Shown: positions 25,952 to 32,000 of the stretch, in pieces
Numbering within the stretch: the stretch's first letter is position 1
How the letters are laid out: the number at the start of each line of letters is the position of its first letter
NCBI GenBank assembly: GCA_000025185.1
Contig: CP001848.1
Span: forward strand, 4,230,001 to 4,262,000
DNA: 32,000 nt
DNA from: Pirellula staleyi DSM 6068
GTDB lineage: Bacteria; Planctomycetota; Planctomycetia; Pirellulales; Pirellulaceae
Direction of reading: 5' to 3'
Translations under genes and position numbers: made by a program
The notes under the pieces: generated by a model
The model's input: only the letters and a program-made list of their open reading frames with translations
Databases searched by the model: none
What the model was told of the DNA's origin: nothing

Positions 25952-28042
25952 ATGCTCCTCTCTGCTACTCGCTGGCTTCGTGGTGCGCTGGCCGTCATTG
26001 TGCTGGCCACTTCCACTGGACTCTTATCGGCTCAAGACCCTGCTGCGGAGGGTGAAGCAAAGCCTGCTCTACCGCTGGGACGCGTGGTGATGTTCAGCAG
26101 TGGTGTGGCGTTCTACGAGCGCCGCGGCGATGTCGAAGGGGATGCCACCATCGACCTGCGTTTTAATACGCGCGACATCAACGACCTGCTCAAGAGCATG
26201 GTTCTCGAGGACCTGGGTGGCGGTCAGATCTCGACCGTTTCTTACGGCAGCAAAGATCCGATCACACGGACGCTCCGCACCTTTTCGATCGATCTCACCA
26301 CAAGTCCGACGCTCGGAGACTTGCTGGCCCAAATTCGTGGCGAGCGGATCGAACTTGATAGCCCCACACCCACCAGTGGCGTGATTGTGGGGATTGAAAA
26401 ACGGGATCAAAAAGTGGGGGATCAAGTCGTACAGACTTCGATTCTTACTCTGCTAACCGACGAAGGCTTGCGGAACATTTCGCTCGACAACATTGGCCGC
26501 ATCAAGCTGTCGAATCCCAAGCTCGATGCCGAACTTCGTCAGGCACTGCTGGTGCTGGCGATGGGGAAGTCAGCCGACAAGAAGTCGGTCTCGCTTAGCT
26601 TCACAGGCAAAGGAAAACGCCCCGTTCGTGTCGGCTACATTCAAGAGTCGCCGATCTGGAAGACCAGCTATCGCCTGGTGCTCGACGACGAGAAACAGCC
26701 GCTACTGCAAGGCTGGGCGATTGTCGAGAACACGACCGAGGAAGACTGGAACAACGTGAATTTGACGCTGATTAGCGGGCGTCCGATTTCGTTCACGATG
26801 GATCTTTATCAGCCGCTTTACATCGACCGGCCCGAGGTTAAGCCAGAACTCTACGCCTCGCTGACACCGCGTACCTATGATCAATCGATGGCGGAGGCGG
26901 ATCGCGAGTTTGAGGCGCTGGCGCACGATGAAAAAAGCCGCGATGCTGCTGCCAAGCCAGCCATGGCCAACCGCCGGATGGCCGAAGCAGCCTCTAATGG
27001 CGTTGAATTGCAGATGATGAAGCGCGCCGAAGATAAGGCTTTCAATCCGGCCAGTGGCGTGCAGTCGGTTGCCACCGCCAGCGACGTGGGCGAGCTCTTT
27101 CAATACCGCATCGCAACCCCTGTCTCGCTCGAACGTCAAAAGTCGGCGATGCTGCCGATCGTGAACGATTCGGTGAAGGGTGAGAAGGTTTCGATTTACA
27201 GCGAGTCGTCGCATGCCAAGCATCCCCTCAGTGGTGTTCGGCTGAAGAACAGCACCGATCTGCACCTGATGCAAGGTCCGATCACGGTGTTCGACGGTGG
27301 TGCCTACGCCGGTGATGCTCAGATTCAGGATCTACAGCCTGGAACCGAGCGGCTGATCAGCTACGCCCTCGATCTCGATACCGAAGTGGCTCCTTCGATC
27401 GAAGGCTTGCCCGAGGAACTGGTGAGCGTGAAGGTGGTGCGTGGTGTTCTCGAGTCGTCGCGCAAGTATGGTCGCAAGAAGAACTACGTGATCAAGAATT
27501 CATCGAAGAAGACGAAGCAAGTTCTGATCGAATACCCTGTCGAGGCATCGTGGAATCTGATCGAACCCAAAGAGGCGACCGAGAAGACTCGCGACCTCTA
27601 TCGGTTTGCCGTCGCGGCCGAGCCCGGTGTCGCTGCCAATCTGCTGGTGCGTGAAGAGCGTGTCGATACTCAGCGGGTGGCACTAGCCAACTGCGATGAC
27701 AACATGATCCGCTTCTATATCCAAGCCGCCGTTGTTTCACCTGCCCTGAAAGAAAAACTGGGCGAAGTGATTAAACGGAAAGAGGGGCTCGCTCTGCTGG
27801 TGGCTAAGCGTGGCGAACTCGAGCGTCAAGTGACGGTGATCTTCGAAGAGCAAACCCGCATTCGCCAAAACATGGAACAGCTCCCTAAAGACTCGGACTT
27901 GTTCCGCCGCTACGTCACGAAGTTTAACGAGCAGGAAGATAAGGTGGAGCAGCTTCGCGAGCAGATCAAGAAAGCGATCGACGACGAGAATAACGGTCGC
28001 AACGATCTGAATAACTTCCTCTCGAACATCGACCTGTCCTAA
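25952..28042 (+). CDS. secreted DUF4139-like protein with C-terminal coiled coil
   Basis: Signal-peptide-like N-terminus (LRGALAVIVLATSTGLLSAQD). The block SPIWKTSYRLVLDDEKQPLLQGWAIVENTTEEDWNNVNLTLISGRP matches my recollection of the DUF4139/TIGR02231-type signature (W-x-x-x-Y..., T-G/E-E-D-W-x-x-V-x-L-x-L). The last ~110 aa are heptad-like and charged. Confidence 0.6.
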   Translation: MLLSATRWLRGALAVIVLATSTGLLSAQDPAAEGEAKPALPLGRVVMFSSGVAFYERRGDVEGDATIDLRFNTRDINDLLKSMVLEDLGGGQISTVSYGSKDPITRTLRTFSIDLTTSPTLGDLLAQIRGERIELDSPTPTSGVIVGIEKRDQKVGDQVVQTSILTLLTDEGLRNISLDNIGRIKLSNPKLDAELRQALLVLAMGKSADKKSVSLSFTGKGKRPVRVGYIQESPIWKTSYRLVLDDEKQPLLQGWAIVENTTEEDWNNVNLTLISGRPISFTMDLYQPLYIDRPEVKPELYASLTPRTYDQSMAEADREFEALAHDEKSRDAAAKPAMANRRMAEAASNGVELQMMKRAEDKAFNPASGVQSVATASDVGELFQYRIATPVSLERQKSAMLPIVNDSVKGEKVSIYSESSHAKHPLSGVRLKNSTDLHLMQGPITVFDGGAYAGDAQIQDLQPGTERLISYALDLDTEVAPSIEGLPEELVSVKVVRGVLESSRKYGRKKNYVIKNSSKKTKQVLIEYPVEASWNLIEPKEATEKTRDLYRFAVAAEPGVAANLLVREERVDTQRVALANCDDNMIRFYIQAAVVSPALKEKLGEVIKRKEGLALLVAKRGELERQVTVIFEEQTRIRQNMEQLPKDSDLFRRYVTKFNEQEDKVEQLREQIKKAIDDENNGRNDLNNFLSNIDLS

Positions 28043-28160
28043 TTCGCCTGAGCGATTGGGAAGCGATTCGAGGCTAAGAACCAGGGTGAGGGACTTTTCA
28101 GCATCCTCATCCTGAAGGGGCGACTTCCCACCGAGTCGCTCGCGTGGACTCGAGATTTTC

Positions 28161-28691
28161 TTAGGCGACCGGCATCAACGCCGAGTCGCTTTCGTGCAGG
28201 GCGACGCGATCGGTGACAAACTGCACTACAAAGTGTGTGAGTCCGACGCAAAGTTCATCCCCGTGCTGCACAGCGCTTTCGCTCACAGGCTTGCCGTTGA
28301 CAAACGTGCCGTGGCGGGAACCGAGGTCGCGCACCGAAAGCTGTCCATCGTGGAGGTGGATTTGACAATGTCGCCGGCTAATCCAGCGATCGTCAATACG
28401 CACCGACGCGGTAGTGCTACGGCCAATTTCAATCGGAAAGCGATCGAGCGTAAGCTCGCGCGGTGAAGCCAGAGGGTCCTGGCACACAAGTTTTACAATC
28501 ACGGTGGGGGAACCGAAACTGAGAGCAGGGGCTGCGAACTGCTCGGCGGGTGGTGGGAGTGAAAAAAGCGGCAAACTCGCAGTTTTTCCACGAAGTGTGA
28601 TCCTATATCGGCACGCACCGATGTCAATTGCCTTTTGACAATTCTTCTCATTTCTCCGGTACATTCGGCCGGTTGGTGGTCTCGCAATCAC
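28161..28691 (-). CDS. FHA domain-containing protein
   Basis: IGRSTTASVRIDDRWISRRHCQIHLHDGQLSVRDLGSRHGTFVNGKPV is a canonical FHA core (G-R, S-x-x-H, N/H-G-T-x-V-N-G). The first ~63 codons of the ORF are not protein-like. The true start may be the internal GTG at 28502, giving ~113 aa. Confidence 0.7.
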   Translation of the reverse strand: MIARPPTGRMYRRNEKNCQKAIDIGACRYRITLRGKTASLPLFSLPPPAEQFAAPALSFGSPTVIVKLVCQDPLASPRELTLDRFPIEIGRSTTASVRIDDRWISRRHCQIHLHDGQLSVRDLGSRHGTFVNGKPVSESAVQHGDELCVGLTHFVVQFVTDRVALHESDSALMPVA

Positions 28692-28987
28692 GACGGAAAG
28701 CCGATTTTCGTGGGCATTTCGCTATCCAACCAGCGAACGGCACGTCACGCATGGTGTATTCGCTACGCCAGGGCTCGGTTTGCCTCTTTCAAAGCTGCTG
28801 TAGGCGAACCTTTCCGCTTCCCCGGCTTCCTTGAGGTGCTGCGCCGGGGGCTCTCTCTGGCACATAGGAGCCCATCGGTTTAGACTACTGGGCTCGAAAC
28901 CTCACAGCCGACCGCTTCCAGCGAGCGATCGTGTTTTCGCCGTATTTTAGCTGAAATTCATCATTTACCGACCGGGAACGCTTCTCC

Positions 28988-30670
<1,683 letters not shown>

Positions 30671-30714
30671 AGTTCGATCTTAAGAAACTTCGTAGTCCTC
30701 GCCTAAAAACAGAG

Positions 30715-30751
30715 AGCCCTCGATTGGCAGTTTGCTGATCGAGGGCTTTTT
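30715..30751. terminator. bidirectional intrinsic terminator between convergent ilvD and ABC permease genes
   Basis: Perfect 10-bp stem: AGCCCTCGAT (30715-30724) pairs with ATCGAGGGCT (30738-30747). The loop is 13 nt, followed by TTTTT on the + strand. On the - strand an A-run (30706-30710) gives CTCTGTTTTT after the stem. Confidence 0.75.
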
Positions 30752-30848
30752 CGTAGGTGTTTTTTGCGAGTGTGGAGGTGGGCACTGTTCCCCAAGCAGA
30801 CATAGACAAGGAAGTTGTCTAGCACGATCAAGGGCCATGGGTGAAGCG

Positions 30849-32000
30849 CTAGTGTCCTGCTTTCACACGCAGACCGGCAGGGATGATGAACCGCTCGGCG
30901 TAGCCAAACAGGGCGTCGACCACGGTGGCCAAAATCGCTGCAGGGACAGCACCTTGCAGGAGCAAACCAACATCGTTGAGGCGAATGCCGGTCAGGATCG
31001 GCTGGCCATAACCTCCCGCTCCAATCAGCGCTCCGATGGTGGCCGCACCGACATTGATGACAGCGGCGGTTTTGATCCCCGACAGGATCGATCGCGAAGC
31101 CAGCGGAAGTTCGACTTGCCAAAGCTGGGCGCGCTGATCGAGTCCAAGGACCGTGGCACTTTCGCGCAAGTTGGCTGGAATATCGCGCAGCCCCGTGTAG
31201 GTGCTCCGAACAATGGGGAGCAAGCTGTAGAGGAAGAGAGCCGCGATGGCAGGGAGCGCGCCAAGTCCTAGGAGAGGGATCATGAAGACAAGCACTGCCA
31301 GCGAGGGGAGCGTTTGAATGATCCCCACCGCGCCAAGAATGACGTAGCCCAATTTGGGGTAGCGGAAGGAGGCGATCCCCAGCGGAATCGCAATCACGAT
31401 GGCGGCGAATAACGAGATCGCGACGAGTCGCAAGTGCTCCAGTGTGGTGCGCAGCAGATCGCGAGCCAGTTTGCCCCAGCGACTATCGGTTGGCAAATCG
31501 ATCTGCATGCCAAGGTTGGCGTTCAGGAATTCAGCCGCCACGCGCGTCTCGTCCACTTGATCGATCTGCACGCGCGCGTTCATCTCCGACATCGCTTGGT
31601 TGTCGATTTTGCCTTCGAGACGGGAGACAACTTCGATGAACTGCGGCGCGGTTGTTTCAAGCTCTTTCCGATAGAGCGGTACGCAGTAGTAGACCGGAAA
31701 AAAGCCGAGATCATCTTCAAGCACGCGGAGTTTGTAGTACTTCACCTCGGCATCGGTCGAGTAGATGTCGGTAAGATCGATCGTGCCACTTTCGAGCCCG
31801 CGATATGCAAGATTGTGATCCATGCCAGTCACTTTGAATGGCAGGGAATAACGCTCTTGAAGTCCAGGCCAGCCATCGGCCCGTTGAATGAATTCGTCAC
31901 TCACCCCGAGCTTCAGTTTGGCAACTTGGGGGTTGGTTAGGGCAAGTGATGTGAGATCGGAAATCGACTGGATGCCGAGCGCTTCGGCGCGCGATTCTTT
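30849..32000 (-). CDS. osmoprotectant (glycine betaine/choline-type) ABC transporter, fused substrate-binding domain + permease; 5' end beyond window
   Basis: The frame remains open from 31904 to the window end (KESRAEALGIQSISDL...). The upstream part has an OpuAC/ProX-like pattern (DLTDIYSTDAEVKYYKLRVLEDDLGFFPVYY). The downstream ~210 aa form a BPD-type permease with the EAA-like loop (ESATVLGLDQRAQLWQVELPLA). Confidence 0.8.
   Translation of the reverse strand, partial: KESRAEALGIQSISDLTSLALTNPQVAKLKLGVSDEFIQRADGWPGLQERYSLPFKVTGMDHNLAYRGLESGTIDLTDIYSTDAEVKYYKLRVLEDDLGFFPVYYCVPLYRKELETTAPQFIEVVSRLEGKIDNQAMSEMNARVQIDQVDETRVAAEFLNANLGMQIDLPTDSRWGKLARDLLRTTLEHLRLVAISLFAAIVIAIPLGIASFRYPKLGYVILGAVGIIQTLPSLAVLVFMIPLLGLGALPAIAALFLYSLLPIVRSTYTGLRDIPANLRESATVLGLDQRAQLWQVELPLASRSILSGIKTAAVINVGAATIGALIGAGGYGQPILTGIRLNDVGLLLQGAVPAAILATVVDALFGYAERFIIPAGLRVKAGH

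Noticed and set aside
28503-28691. N-terminal 63 codons of the FHA ORF.
   Set aside because: They are probably not translated. The sequence is non-protein-like (RRNEKNCQKAIDIGACRYRITLRGK), and the FHA domain would be complete from the GTG at 28502. They are kept inside the feature coordinates only because no start can be proven.

Overview
Gene-dense chromosomal window of moderately high GC (not computed). Gene content suggests a Planctomycetota (Pirellulales-like) genome; this is an inference, not a search result. From left to right:
(1) The 3' two-thirds of a thioester-containing alpha-2-macroglobulin gene, then an unassigned acidic protein.
(2) A surface-glycan style cluster: an MsbA-like ABC exporter, two tandem GT8 paralogs, a methyltransferase-GT2 fusion and a GT2-TPR protein.
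(3) A 690-bp non-coding region holding an orphan intrinsic terminator. It is followed by a hyperacidic 142-aa protein, a type-2 ileS and purN.
(4) An ~8.7-kb co-directional bacterial microcompartment (BMC) operon. Its order is DeoR regulator, PduL, 2 BMC-H, acetate kinase, BMC-P, acylating aldehyde dehydrogenase, BMC-P, unknown protein, BMC-P, class II aldolase, LDH/MDH-family dehydrogenase. This matches the Planctomycetes/Verrucomicrobia (PVM) fucose/rhamnose BMC already described in Planctomyces limnophilus, so the organelle class is not new.
(5) A secreted DUF4139-like protein, an FHA protein, ilvD, and a 5'-truncated osmoprotectant ABC gene (substrate-binding + permease fusion).
The most interesting unresolved element is a 248-aa protein between two pentamer genes. 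It combines an encapsulation-peptide-like N-terminus with what looks like a catalytically degenerate RpiB/LacAB fold. No rRNA, tRNA, CRISPR array, IS element or integrase was recognised. All family calls come from reading motifs by eye; no searches were run.
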